This document shows, in pieces, positions 39,540 to 49,180 of a DNA stretch of 64,000 nt; the first letter of the stretch is position 1; every line of letters begins with the position of its first letter. Origin of the DNA: a virus. A program made the translations under genes and the position numbers. Under the pieces are notes generated by a model. It ran no database searches. It worked only from the letters and a program-made list of their open reading frames with translations, and was not told where the DNA came from. The stretch is from positions 31,717 through 95,716 of IMG/VR virus record IMGVR_UViG_3300015370_000013; one strand, 5' to 3'.

Positions 39540-40283
39540 ATGCCCACCGCCTACGACATAGGGACGGAGTCCGCCCTGGAGAAGCTGGGGTTCACTAAAG
39601 AAGCTTTCGGTGGCCGTATCCTTGGCGGCATCGGTAAGGGACTTGTAGGTGAACTCTCTCGCCTGGGTACGCCCAAGGTTGTCACAAACACGTTGCTACG
39701 TGTCGGTAAAGGTTCGGGACGTGAAGCTTTCGGTTTTGGTCTCTTCGGTGGAGGTACAAATGCCGCGTTCGCAGAACCGGGAGAGCGTCTGGACGCATTT
39801 GGCCGAGGGTTCGCAGGAGGTATGACTAGTGGTGGTCTTTGGCGTGGGGGTGGTAATATCGCACGGATGGGCCTCTACAAGGGATTAGGTAAACATTTTA
39901 TGCCTGTATCCCGTGCCGCACGCCCAGGCTTCACCGGTACTGTCAAAAAAGTTAACCAGGGTGCCAACTTTCAACTACTGGGCAAAGACATACCCGGCAC
40001 ACACATGCTGCGTAAACCCTACTGGCAAGCCAAACGTAAAGCCTTCAAGGACGTCGGGCTCAAGAGCATCGGTGCCAAGACCTTGCTGGGTGGTGTTCCC
40101 TTGGCTGCAGGCATCGGTGCCAGTTCACTCGTCCCGCACGACCTATTCGAAAAGGCACCTGCTAGACAACAACGACCATGGCAACAGCAACAACAACCTA
40201 GACCTAATTACATGCACCCGCTATACTATACTCAAGGCGCCCAACAACAATGGCAGAACCTTGGGCGTGGTTGGAATAGGTAA
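39540..40283 (+). CDS. Tagged Gly-rich basic virion protein
   Basis: AYDIGTESALEKLGFTKEA then glycine-zipper segments. Confidence 0.65.
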   Translation: MPTAYDIGTESALEKLGFTKEAFGGRILGGIGKGLVGELSRLGTPKVVTNTLLRVGKGSGREAFGFGLFGGGTNAAFAEPGERLDAFGRGFAGGMTSGGLWRGGGNIARMGLYKGLGKHFMPVSRAARPGFTGTVKKVNQGANFQLLGKDIPGTHMLRKPYWQAKRKAFKDVGLKSIGAKTLLGGVPLAAGIGASSLVPHDLFEKAPARQQRPWQQQQQPRPNYMHPLYYTQGAQQQWQNLGRGWNR

Positions 40284-40299
40284 CCCTGAGGAGTGACCA

Positions 40300-41040
40300 A
40301 TGCCCGCAACTGGAATTACGTTCGGTATCGATAACTGGCAAATGCAGAACAACTATGTCGAACGCATGATGGACAATGCGGCCTACTCCGCGGCACACCC
40401 GGACGATACTTTGGTGCTCGCAGGTCCGCCGCGCATACCTACCGCGTCTGCTAAAGGTGGTGTTAGATTCGGCGAGAAACTGCTTGCCATCGGGCACCTA
40501 CAGTCCTGTCAGTTTACACAGCAAAAACCCACCCAGCCCGTTATGGCTATCGGTTCGGGACGTACATTCTTCGTCTCAGGGAAAGCACAAGGACAAGCTA
40601 CGCTGGGGCGTCTCTTCGTCAACGGACGTAACCTGATGCGGGTACTACACCACAATGCCCGGCTTAATAGTGTACCCGTTACCGAATTCGACGACAAACC
40701 GAGCATCAATGACAACTCGCAATACTACATCAATCTGGACTCCGAGTTGTACCTTATCCCCATCGGTCTTGCAGTTTTGTTCCAAGACAAGATCCACGAA
40801 AACCTGGGGGGTTTCTACGCTGAACTGATGATGATCACCAGCTACGCGGTGGGTTTCAATGCTGGTCAGAACATGATCATGGAACAAACCACGTTGGTCT
40901 TTGACCGCCTCTACCCCTACTACGAAAGCTCCGCTATCATATGGGCAAAGGGTGCTACACTACACGCCGTCATGGGTTTCACCGACAACACCGTTACAAA
41001 CCTCCAAACCACCAAAGATATCGGGATACAGCCTACTTAA
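40300..41040 (+). CDS. Probable tail tube protein
   Basis: IGHLQS..FTQ...AIGSGR.FFVSG, beta-rich; follows the sheath gene. Confidence 0.65.
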   Translation: MPATGITFGIDNWQMQNNYVERMMDNAAYSAAHPDDTLVLAGPPRIPTASAKGGVRFGEKLLAIGHLQSCQFTQQKPTQPVMAIGSGRTFFVSGKAQGQATLGRLFVNGRNLMRVLHHNARLNSVPVTEFDDKPSINDNSQYYINLDSELYLIPIGLAVLFQDKIHENLGGFYAELMMITSYAVGFNAGQNMIMEQTTLVFDRLYPYYESSAIIWAKGATLHAVMGFTDNTVTNLQTTKDIGIQPT

Positions 41041-41047
41041 CCTTATC

Positions 41048-41076
41048 TTGTAAAAGTCCTCCCCGACACGTATCCT
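41048..41076 (+). promoter_or_regulatory. sigma70-like promoter giving a probable leaderless mRNA
   Basis: TTGTAA-N17-TATCCT, 6 nt before the ATG at 41083. Confidence 0.55.
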
Positions 41077-41082
41077 CAACAT

Positions 41083-42747
41083 ATGTCGGATTACACAAAA
41101 GCCTTCCGCGGACTATTCCCTTTCCTCAGCCAAGCACCCTTACCGCCTGATCAAGGCGAGCGTCATTTAGACAATCAGCGAGGACAAATCTTCGCCCCAC
41201 GAGACACACATACCGGGGAGTGTGGCACCATCATAGATTTCGACGCTGAAACACACACCTACCAAATAAAAACGGATAGTGGGGGTATTCTTTCAGCTCC
41301 CCGGCGTACCCAGGACGCAGGGGACAAACGTCAATTCTCACCCGGTACCTACGTCACCATCTCCCACGCTTACGGTTCTGCGGTCATCACAGGGATGTTG
41401 CCGTATACCCACGAACAGAGTGCTAACGAAAACCGCATCAGCTTTACAGGAGTTGAATCCCCCACGGCATTAACAGCCGGAAAGGCGTACAGCGCAAACC
41501 ACCGGACGCCGAACACCCCTGCGGATATCGGTCCTGGAGATTGGGTCCAGACCGATGAAGACGGGACAACCGGAGTAGGTGTACTCGCCGGAGGCGTCGC
41601 CATGCTTAAGGCCGGTATGTCTCAGGTGCAGGTACACACGGTAAACAACCTACTCCAACTCATATGTCAAAACTACAAACTCCACACCGCGATGGGCACC
41701 TCCGAGATCAAAAACGAAGGAGGGCGTATTTCCTGGAAATTTCGTGGCGGTTCAGACCAACTAAAAGAAGCCGGGAGCACACAAGAAAACTGGACCATAC
41801 GTATGGACCTGGGAGCTGAGGGGGATCTGTTCACTTTCGAACTAACCCGACCCAACGGCACTACATTATTTAGACTCCACGTTAGTGGTGATGGGAAGAT
41901 CGAACTGTTTGGTGCCCAGGGCATAGACCTCATGGGTGGGGGGCCACATACACAAAAACACCTGGAGGGGCGTGCTCTCGTTATAAAAAAGGACGATGCC
42001 CAGGAGATCGGAGGCGCACAAACCAAGACGGTTGGACAAGATCGAAACATAACGATCAGCGGCTCCGACAGTCTCGTCGTAGGTAACGATGTCACACAGA
42101 GCGTGGGGAGACACCGTGTAGATACGGTGAATGGCAACCATGACGACAAAGTCGTGGGAGGGTCCTACGCAGACGCAAAATCAGGTAACGTGGCGCGGAG
42201 CACCACTATCAATAATGGTAGCTGGGAAATTGAGATCGGTAGCCCAACCAACGGCGCAAACCCTGCAGCTAGTGCGGGACATAAAATCAGCGTCTTCACC
42301 GGTGACATTGAACATACGATCACTACTAAAGGGGACATCGACCTCAACACATTAGCGGGTGCGATTCACATTATCACCAAACTCGGGACCGCCAACATCG
42401 ACGGTAGTGTAAAAGTCAAAGTGGGCAAGGAGAGTCTAGCGTTCCATCCGGCACTTCACGGTGACACACATAACCGCCTCATTAACCAACAAATAAGCAC
42501 CCGTACCGCACCGATGCCTGCGTATCTAGCCGCGACACAAGCACTCGCTGCCGTAATAACACCCCCGCTACTAATCGTTTACATCATCCCTGTTGCTGGA
42601 CCCATGTTGTTTTTTATATTGGCAGGACCTCTATGGCTCGCCAAACTTCAAGGGGAGTTCGCTACTAACACCGCCCACTACATGGCTGACCTATCTCTTC
42701 AGGCATTGCTTCGAACCATGCTCTCCAACAAAGTGGACCTGGAATAA
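41083..42747 (+). CDS. Baseplate central spike (gp5/VgrG-like)
   Basis: OB-like N-terminus; 8-residue beta-helix repeats (IGGAQTKTVGQDRNITISGSDSLVVGND); hydrophobic C-terminus. Confidence 0.7.
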   Translation: MSDYTKAFRGLFPFLSQAPLPPDQGERHLDNQRGQIFAPRDTHTGECGTIIDFDAETHTYQIKTDSGGILSAPRRTQDAGDKRQFSPGTYVTISHAYGSAVITGMLPYTHEQSANENRISFTGVESPTALTAGKAYSANHRTPNTPADIGPGDWVQTDEDGTTGVGVLAGGVAMLKAGMSQVQVHTVNNLLQLICQNYKLHTAMGTSEIKNEGGRISWKFRGGSDQLKEAGSTQENWTIRMDLGAEGDLFTFELTRPNGTTLFRLHVSGDGKIELFGAQGIDLMGGGPHTQKHLEGRALVIKKDDAQEIGGAQTKTVGQDRNITISGSDSLVVGNDVTQSVGRHRVDTVNGNHDDKVVGGSYADAKSGNVARSTTINNGSWEIEIGSPTNGANPAASAGHKISVFTGDIEHTITTKGDIDLNTLAGAIHIITKLGTANIDGSVKVKVGKESLAFHPALHGDTHNRLINQQISTRTAPMPAYLAATQALAAVITPPLLIVYIIPVAGPMLFFILAGPLWLAKLQGEFATNTAHYMADLSLQALLRTMLSNKVDLE

Positions 42748-42749
42748 CG

Positions 42750-42974
42750 ATGACTATCCCCGAACTACTGAACCAGATATGTACAAAATACCCCTCGGTA
42801 GAGGCACATCGCGCACAACTGCAAGGCGCGCTACAACACGTGGTCAGCCACTTACCTCCCGATATGACCGAGGATCAATACCTCACTACCGCAGCCACAC
42901 TTCTCACGATCCCCGACCTACCCCCAGATCAACAAGTGGCAGCGCTCGAATCCTTATCGAAATTTACGGCGTAA
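42750..42974 (+). CDS. Hypothetical protein
   Basis: 74-aa ORF coupled to the spike gene. Confidence 0.5.
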   Translation: MTIPELLNQICTKYPSVEAHRAQLQGALQHVVSHLPPDMTEDQYLTTAATLLTIPDLPPDQQVAALESLSKFTA

Positions 42975-42979
42975 AGTCT

Positions 42980-43022
42980 AAAAAAAAAAGAGAGCCCGGT
43001 TACTTACGTAACGAGGCTCTCT
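42980..43022 (-). terminator. Intrinsic terminator downstream of RNA C
   Basis: agagagcc/ggctctct stem with gttac/gtaac apex, then 10 T on the minus strand. Confidence 0.7.
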
Positions 43023-43068
43023 CCGGTCCAAAGACCCGCCCTCGTAGGGGCTCGACCTGCTCCTTCAG

Positions 43069-43198
43069 CCTGGTTTCAGGAACTTGGACAAACTTACCCA
43101 AGTCCTGTTCCGGCTTCACAGACGGCAGTTTCACTGACCAAACTTCGATCAGCCAGAGCTTCCATCTCCACCGGCTTAACATTCGGGTTACCCACCCG
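43069..43198 (-). ncRNA. omegaRNA-like scaffold C
   Basis: Overlaps the tnpB C-terminal tail; homologous to 19766-19895 with compensatory changes. Confidence 0.7.
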
Positions 43199-43270
43199 TA
43201 GCTTCGAAAGGTTTACCGCAGCATTGAAATCTCTGTTGTGTACCACACCGCAGGAAGGACAGACCCGATA
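43094..43270 (-). pseudogene. tnpB: tnpB 3' fragment (IS200/IS605/IS607 family)
   Basis: CPSCGVVHNRDFNAAVNL (zinc-ribbon half plus RuvC-III) only. Confidence 0.8.
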
Positions 43271-43303
43271 GTCCTGACTTTTTAGGATGCAATATACCAA
43301 CAC

Positions 43304-43332
43304 TTGTGTCAATCATAAAGTTCGCTTATAAT
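43304..43332 (+). promoter_or_regulatory. sigma70-like promoter
   Basis: TTGTGT-N17-TATAAT. Confidence 0.65.
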
Positions 43333-43391
43333 TTTCGACAGTGGGTGATTCCACTTAAAAAACAACTCAACCTCTCTGGAGGGTAGAACAG

Positions 43392-45422
43392 ATGCCCAAA
43401 CTTAGTATTGAAAATGTCGGCCTTACAACCGTGGTCATCAAGGATCTAGAGGGGTACACCTCCTGGAAGGCCGATGTCGCTTCCGGTGTTACCGGTACGT
43501 ACAACGTCAGTCAAGACCTCATCGACCGCATCGCCCCCACCCTCGCGTTGCTGGAAGGTGAACCGCGTCAAACAAACAACACCGTCCTCACAGGTATTCG
43601 TTGGAGCATCCTCGCCAGTGCAGACCAAGACGACCGTGCCCTGAGTGAAGGGCTGTCCGGGCTACCGCAGCTCCTGTACAGCAGCGTTACAGGCTACGAC
43701 GCGGAGAGCGGCAACGCCGACATCACCCTGACAGGTACCGGGCTGTTGGGTACCAAACAGGTTAAATCCTCGGTGAACATCTCCAACCTCACCGTGGCCA
43801 CAGCGACCTTGATACTGACGGCGGTTAAACCCGGTAGCACTGGCAACGACATCAGCTGTCAGGTCGCCGTCGACACAGGCGTCGCACCGCTGACAATCAC
43901 CGTCCCCTCGACCAACACCATCGTGGTCACCCTCGCAGCCGCAGGTAACACATGTCTCGCCATCGCGACCGCCATCAACGTACATGCTGCGGCCAAACTA
44001 CTGGTGCAAGCCACTGTGGGCCTCGGTGACGCCATCGCCTTCACCGCCGCTGTGGCCAAGACCTATCTCTACGGCGGGAAGGGGCCGGGCATGTCCCTGA
44101 CGTTGTCCGGTACCGCCTGTACCATCAGTGCCACCTCCGCAACCAGTATCACCTGTAGCCTGCCCGCAGACGTCCTCCTGGGCGAAACCGTGGTCTACCT
44201 AAACCTCGTTGTAGGGCCGCACAGCAGCATCCTGCCGATTCCCGCACGGTTGAGCGCCGCCAACACGCCTCGCCTTCTCAAATGCAGTGAGGATTACTAC
44301 AGTCCCAGCACCGGTGCCGCGAACATCACCCTGACAGGCACAGGGATGCTCGGGGACCAGACCAAAGCGGGCAAGACCATCTCCAACACCACGCCCGCTA
44401 CAGCTACCGTCATTTTCGAAGCGGTTCGGCCCGGCACGGACGGTAACGCCATCACTGTCACAGTCGCGACCGGTGGTGGTTTGGCTATCAGCGTACTTGC
44501 TAACGCCATCACAATCACCCTTGGTAGTGCTGGTAGCACAAGCGCCGCCATCGCTGCAGCCATCAACCTACACGCCGCCGCGCTACTCCTGGTACAAGCC
44601 ACTGCTGGTGTCGCGGGTACATTCACCTTGGCTGTAGCAGCCACCGCGCTCACCGGTGGCCTGGGCGACAACGTCAGCCTGACCCTGGGCGGCACCGCAT
44701 GCACCATCTCCGCCATGAGCGCCACCAGCATCACCTGCACCCTCCCCACGGGTATCGGTGTTAACCGTGATGCACTCGTTCTGGAGTTGGGCGTCGGGCG
44801 CTACTACAGCAGCATGGCTCTTCTAGCGATGCTCCCTCCGGCCAACGCGCCCAAACTACTTACCTGTAATGAGGACAACTACAGCAACGGCGGTGGAAAA
44901 CTCGGCGTCACCCTAACCGGTACTGGACTGCTGGGTGAACAAGTGCAGGCTAAGCTGAGTGTGCTCAACACACTTGGCACGGCACAGATAGACCTTGTAG
45001 CAATCAAACCCGGCACCGTGGGTAACTCCACCACCATTGAGATTGTAACCGGAGGTGGACTAGTTGTCAGCGTAATCGGTACGGCTATCCTTGTCACCCT
45101 TGGTGGTGCTGGTAGTACATGCACCGCCATCGTCGCCGCTATCAACGCACACGCCGCTGCACTTCTTCTGGTGGAAGCGACGGTTTTTGCCGGTGGTGGT
45201 GTTTCATTCGTCGATGCTGCTGGTCCCACCCCCCTCGCAGGTGGTCTGGGTTCCGGCGTCGCCCTCGCACTCGGCGGCACCGCCTGTCCCATCTCCGAGT
45301 ACAGCGCGACGTCTATTACCTGTGACTTCGACGCAGGTATCAGTGTCACTGGTGCAACCGTCGCACTGGAGCTAGACGTGGGTCGGTACTCCAGTCGCAC
45401 CACTCTGATTGTTGTTGTTTAA
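43392..45422 (+). CDS. Virion structural protein with three ~195-aa repeats
   Basis: Three copies of TLTGTG..G...PG..GN...AIN.HAAA.LLV...L.GTAC.IS..SATSITC; strong RBS. Confidence 0.7.
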   Translation: MPKLSIENVGLTTVVIKDLEGYTSWKADVASGVTGTYNVSQDLIDRIAPTLALLEGEPRQTNNTVLTGIRWSILASADQDDRALSEGLSGLPQLLYSSVTGYDAESGNADITLTGTGLLGTKQVKSSVNISNLTVATATLILTAVKPGSTGNDISCQVAVDTGVAPLTITVPSTNTIVVTLAAAGNTCLAIATAINVHAAAKLLVQATVGLGDAIAFTAAVAKTYLYGGKGPGMSLTLSGTACTISATSATSITCSLPADVLLGETVVYLNLVVGPHSSILPIPARLSAANTPRLLKCSEDYYSPSTGAANITLTGTGMLGDQTKAGKTISNTTPATATVIFEAVRPGTDGNAITVTVATGGGLAISVLANAITITLGSAGSTSAAIAAAINLHAAALLLVQATAGVAGTFTLAVAATALTGGLGDNVSLTLGGTACTISAMSATSITCTLPTGIGVNRDALVLELGVGRYYSSMALLAMLPPANAPKLLTCNEDNYSNGGGKLGVTLTGTGLLGEQVQAKLSVLNTLGTAQIDLVAIKPGTVGNSTTIEIVTGGGLVVSVIGTAILVTLGGAGSTCTAIVAAINAHAAALLLVEATVFAGGGVSFVDAAGPTPLAGGLGSGVALALGGTACPISEYSATSITCDFDAGISVTGATVALELDVGRYSSRTTLIVVV

Positions 45423-45484
45423 TCCTCCCCCATGCCCTCGGTGTTCTATAAACAGGTTAGGCATTTGTTTAGTGATGAAAAACA

Positions 45485-46657
45485 ATGACCAACCACTTCT
45501 ACAAAGAAGGAGTAAGTTCCAGCCTGGAAGCTCTAGGGCTCCAACAACCAGAAACACCAACTTGGCAGAAGGGGATGTTAGCGGGTGCTGCAGGGTTGGG
45601 GTTAGGTGCTCTCGGTTACGGTTTAATGCGGCGCTTCCGTCTATCGCCTAACGCACGTATCCGTGGATTACAGCAAGCGACCAAAGGGAAACAATACACA
45701 GTGGGGGGTATCCCTAAAAATCTGGCGCGTGACGCCCATGGTCCGTACAAAGTCACCACACCAGAGGAGCTAGCTCAAGCTAGAGCCGCAGGGCACGAGA
45801 TCAGTTCTGGAAAACAGTTTGAATACCGTCTCGGAGGACCCTCCCCCGACCCCCGTAAAGCTTCTGACCAGGTGGTGTATCACTACTTCCCCGACGAAGT
45901 AGGTAAAGGTCTAGGTGCAGTAGAGTTAGGGACTGGTACTTCTGCGACGGAAAAAGCTTTGCAAGACAAACTTCGATTTCACGAACTGATGCCTAAACAT
46001 ACCATCCCTACACGTACGCTACATGACGTACTACAAGAGCAGAAAGTACGTCAAGCCTGGCAAATAGACCAACGTCTAGACGCTATCAATAAAGCGTACC
46101 CTGGGGGTGCGGTAATCAAGGGCCGTACGGGAGCACAGGGAGAAAACGTGTTCATGAGTGGCACTCCGAAGTTTGAACAAGCGCTGCGTAACTCTACAGA
46201 CGATATGCTCATCCAACCCCGTTTACCTATCAATAAGGAATACCGCGTACACTCATTAGCTGGACACCCTTACTCCACCAGTCAACGCTTCCTCCCCGAA
46301 ATAGTACGCAACACCTTATCCAAGATTACCGGCAAGCCGGTAGGGTCTTCCGTGTTCCTCCCAACAAACCCCCTAAGGAGCAGGCGACTGCGCAAATTCG
46401 TAGAAGAAGCGGAAGCCACACTCCCCGCTGAACACCGACAAGGGTTGGCACATCTCGGATACGATGTTGCTGAACTACCAGGCGGTAAATTTGTCCTTGT
46501 GGAAGGGAACGCTGGTCCTCTAGGTAGTTTACTCAACCCAGCCATATCCCAGCAACTACGCCGTCAGGTCATGGGGCGTTGGTCACCCCAAGCAGCTGCA
46601 TTGGGTGCTCTAGGGTTAGGAACGGCGGGCGCTGTAGGGACGGCTGCGGCTGTTTAA
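45485..46657 (+). CDS. Tagged ATP-grasp (RimK-like) ligase flanked by Gly-rich hydrophobic segments
   Basis: QDKL, VIKGRTGAQGENV, IQPRL, EYRVH, GYDV, VEGNAGP. Confidence 0.75.
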   Translation: MTNHFYKEGVSSSLEALGLQQPETPTWQKGMLAGAAGLGLGALGYGLMRRFRLSPNARIRGLQQATKGKQYTVGGIPKNLARDAHGPYKVTTPEELAQARAAGHEISSGKQFEYRLGGPSPDPRKASDQVVYHYFPDEVGKGLGAVELGTGTSATEKALQDKLRFHELMPKHTIPTRTLHDVLQEQKVRQAWQIDQRLDAINKAYPGGAVIKGRTGAQGENVFMSGTPKFEQALRNSTDDMLIQPRLPINKEYRVHSLAGHPYSTSQRFLPEIVRNTLSKITGKPVGSSVFLPTNPLRSRRLRKFVEEAEATLPAEHRQGLAHLGYDVAELPGGKFVLVEGNAGPLGSLLNPAISQQLRRQVMGRWSPQAAALGALGLGTAGAVGTAAAV

Positions 46658-47098
46658 CGTATCACGTACGCTACACATCTTTTTTGACGTACACACGTCA
46701 CCTACGACAACACGAGCAAACGTTTCTGCGAAGTCCTCCACCGCGTGAAGTGTAGCATACCCACTCACGAAACCGTCAGGCCTGGGAATTAACCACCCAG
46801 TTAGACACTTAAGTCTGCTTGGGTAATTTACTAATGTAAACGACCCAAATACTTGCGTTAAACGCGTACGTGTTAGTGCATCACATAGGTCCAGGTACGC
46901 ATGCCCGTACTCATGTAGAATGGAACGGTGGTAGTTAGGGTCAAAACGTGCACGCAGAGTCTGCCACCGCGGTATCGTAATATACCCATCACCATAACTC
47001 ATCTGTAACCCTGTGCCCCTATAGATCGGCACAGTATGGTGAAGTGTTGCGAGCCCCCAATCGTCCAAACAACGTTTAACCTTTGATGGTACAATCAT
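46616..47098 (-). CDS. Putative zinc-binding metallopeptidase
   Basis: LHEYGH...SGYATLHAVEDFAETF. Confidence 0.75.
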   Translation of the reverse strand: MIVPSKVKRCLDDWGLATLHHTVPIYRGTGLQMSYGDGYITIPRWQTLRARFDPNYHRSILHEYGHAYLDLCDALTRTRLTQVFGSFTLVNYPSRLKCLTGWLIPRPDGFVSGYATLHAVEDFAETFARVVVGDVCTSKKMCSVRDTLNSRSRPYSARRS

Positions 47099-47376
47099 CC
47101 CTGCACCTGTCGTCGCGCCACTTTCCGCGCTTCGATTTCGAAGGGGTTAGCATCATAGCCAACCCGTAAATGATAAAACCCGTACCTCACCAAAAATCCC
47201 ACCAGACCGTACTTCCGATACTGTACGATGTGTTGGTGCTCATGGTGTTGTACCTCTTCCTCTTGTGACGCCTGCACAGTTGAATACACCACAACGGGCC
47301 ACACCGCGAACCCTAACACCCCGATCTTATGTAACCAGCGCTGAAAGATACCACACGCTACAAAACTCCGGTACAC
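47095..47376 (-). CDS. Small zincin-like protein (DUF4157-like)
   Basis: HEHQHIVQ...Y..NPFEIEAR. Confidence 0.65.
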   Translation of the reverse strand: MYRSFVACGIFQRWLHKIGVLGFAVWPVVVYSTVQASQEEEVQHHEHQHIVQYRKYGLVGFLVRYGFYHLRVGYDANPFEIEARKVARRQVQG

Positions 47377-47495
47377 CCGCTCTTCGCCCCAAATACTTTA
47401 CCATTTGAACTCTCCTTTCGGAGCTAAACGAAGGCGGGTCACCCCGGGACTCTCCCCGGCCCACCAACGCCTCTTATTACCCCGAAAACTAGAAG

Positions 47496-47924
47496 TTATC
47501 CTGAATACCGTTCCATCAGGAGCCATCCTCGGCCCTGACAATTCGTACATTTAAATTCATCGGGAATTTCGGTCATTACGATAGGTCCTGTGGGTTGGTT
47601 AAACTCAAAGGCGCTCTTCCTCATAATGCGTCCACTCTCCACGTCCAGGGCTTTCTGCCCGGTGCCGTTACACTCCATACATTTCACACGTACAACTTTG
47701 TCTTGTACGATCTTCAAGGACAACGTCGCGTCATAATTTGCTGACGTTAAAAAAGTATGAACCCTACGAAGGGATTCGAGTTCTGCTTGTGCCGCTTGTA
47801 CGTACTGTGCGTAGATACTACAGAGTTCCTGTGCACGCGTTTGCCTACGCGTTAATTCCTCGACAGTCCAGGTACTCAATTTATCCACCGGAACAGGGCG
47901 GATATCTACTTCTTCTTTGGTCAT
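47496..47924 (-). CDS. DnaJ-type zinc-finger protein
   Basis: CMECNGTG and CTNCQGRG; GGAGG RBS. Confidence 0.65.
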   Translation of the reverse strand: MTKEEVDIRPVPVDKLSTWTVEELTRRQTRAQELCSIYAQYVQAAQAELESLRRVHTFLTSANYDATLSLKIVQDKVVRVKCMECNGTGQKALDVESGRIMRKSAFEFNQPTGPIVMTEIPDEFKCTNCQGRGWLLMERYSG

Positions 47925-47987
47925 TATTTTTTGCCTCCATGGAACGTAAAGGAAAACACAACCACATGGAAGTGTTTCCCTGTCCTG

Positions 47988-48458
47988 CTAACTGTACGCT
48001 TCCTCTTCTTCTTCAGCCTCTTCTTCTTCAGCCTCTTCTTCAAGAGGCTCTCCCCCCTTCACCACCACCACCGACGCCGCATCAATAGCGTCGATGGGGA
48101 TGGCGTACTCCTCGCCATCCTCATAGTCCAGCACCACGTGCGTGCTGGACACGTCCGCCACCGTTCCCGCCACGACGATGCCGTCGACGGTAAGTGCGGC
48201 GTTCGCGCATTCTAGTACACGGAGCGCCACTTGCCGCCCCGCTCTTTTAACGACGCGCTCCTCTTCCTCGCGCCTTTCTTTCATTAACTCCCGCTGCTCC
48301 TTCGCAGCCTTCCTTGCTTCCTCGGCCACCGCGCGCGCCTCCTTTGCGCGCTCCTCGGCCCATTGAATATCGTACACCTCCTGTTCACGTTTCTGTTCCC
48401 TCCGCGCTAAGTACGTCAGCGCAGCGGGAACCGCCGCTAGTATCAGCCACGGCCACAT
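47988..48458 (-). CDS. Membrane-anchored coiled-coil protein
   Basis: N-terminal TM helix, charged coil, acidic tail; GAGGAG RBS. Confidence 0.65.
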   Translation of the reverse strand: MWPWLILAAVPAALTYLARREQKREQEVYDIQWAEERAKEARAVAEEARKAAKEQRELMKERREEEERVVKRAGRQVALRVLECANAALTVDGIVVAGTVADVSSTHVVLDYEDGEEYAIPIDAIDAASVVVVKGGEPLEEEAEEEEAEEEEEAYS

Positions 48459-48565
48459 GTACTCCTCCTCTCGAAGCTAAGAAAAACCCACGGGGGGTTT
48501 CTCTGTTTTTTTATTTTTTGACCATCGAAGGACTCGACGGTCACGACCCCTCAGGATAGGAGGGT

Positions 48566-48820
48566 CTACTGGACGTGCTGCTGGGAGCGACGGGCCTGCG
48601 CGGCGCGCCTCTCCAGGCCGCAGGCGAAATCCTCACCCGCCCGCAGCCTCTCGCTCTCATTGTTGTACGGGCTGTCGCCCGCACAACGCTTTCCTAAGGT
48701 CCATCCTATAGCAACCGCCATCGCGGGCGCTACATACACCGTCAGCGTATGTCCTACGCCGACCACAATCTGCTGCCAGACCGGAATAATCGCTGGTTTG
48801 CCAATCAATCCCCACAACAT
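48566..48820 (-). CDS. Small membrane protein
   Basis: GGAGGTGA RBS; first gene after the conserved promoter motif. Confidence 0.6.
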   Translation of the reverse strand: MLWGLIGKPAIIPVWQQIVVGVGHTLTVYVAPAMAVAIGWTLGKRCAGDSPYNNESERLRAGEDFACGLERRAAQARRSQQHVQ

Positions 48821-48907
48821 AACTCACCTCCAATGTACGAGCGTGTGGGTGTGAGCAAGGAGAATCCTCACTCACTCCAGAAGTATTGCCGTTGCTACTC
48901 TTCTGGA

Positions 48908-48942
48908 ACACTTACTTATACCAAAAAACACCCCGTTTTTTG
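48908..48942 (-). promoter_or_regulatory. Bipartite promoter motif (copy 2)
   Basis: CAAAAAA-N12-TGGTATAAGTAAGTGT. Confidence 0.7.
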
Positions 48943-48958
48943 GTGTATACTGACTGTT

Positions 48959-49180
48959 ATGAACGAGCAAAAATGGACCACATTCGACGGTGGTTTAGGC
49001 CACCTCAAACAACTCGCAGCCCTCGCTGTACGTGCGCATCGTCTCCGCCTATACCAACACATTAACGCGCTACAGAGTATGTTGCATATTCACTCCAAAC
49101 AGATACGGCAACTTCCAGAAGGTGCAGCGCAGCTCAAGACAATACAGCAACAAATTGATGTACTTAGGGACACACTATGA
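48959..49180 (+). CDS. Hypothetical protein
   Basis: ATG 7 nt after TATACT; coupled to the next gene. Confidence 0.5.
   Translation: MNEQKWTTFDGGLGHLKQLAALAVRAHRLRLYQHINALQSMLHIHSKQIRQLPEGAAQLKTIQQQIDVLRDTL

Noticed and set aside
43024-43068. Self-target of the putative guide of RNA C (match at about 26967)
   Set aside because: Only 9 nt match (ctgaaggag), which is expected by chance.
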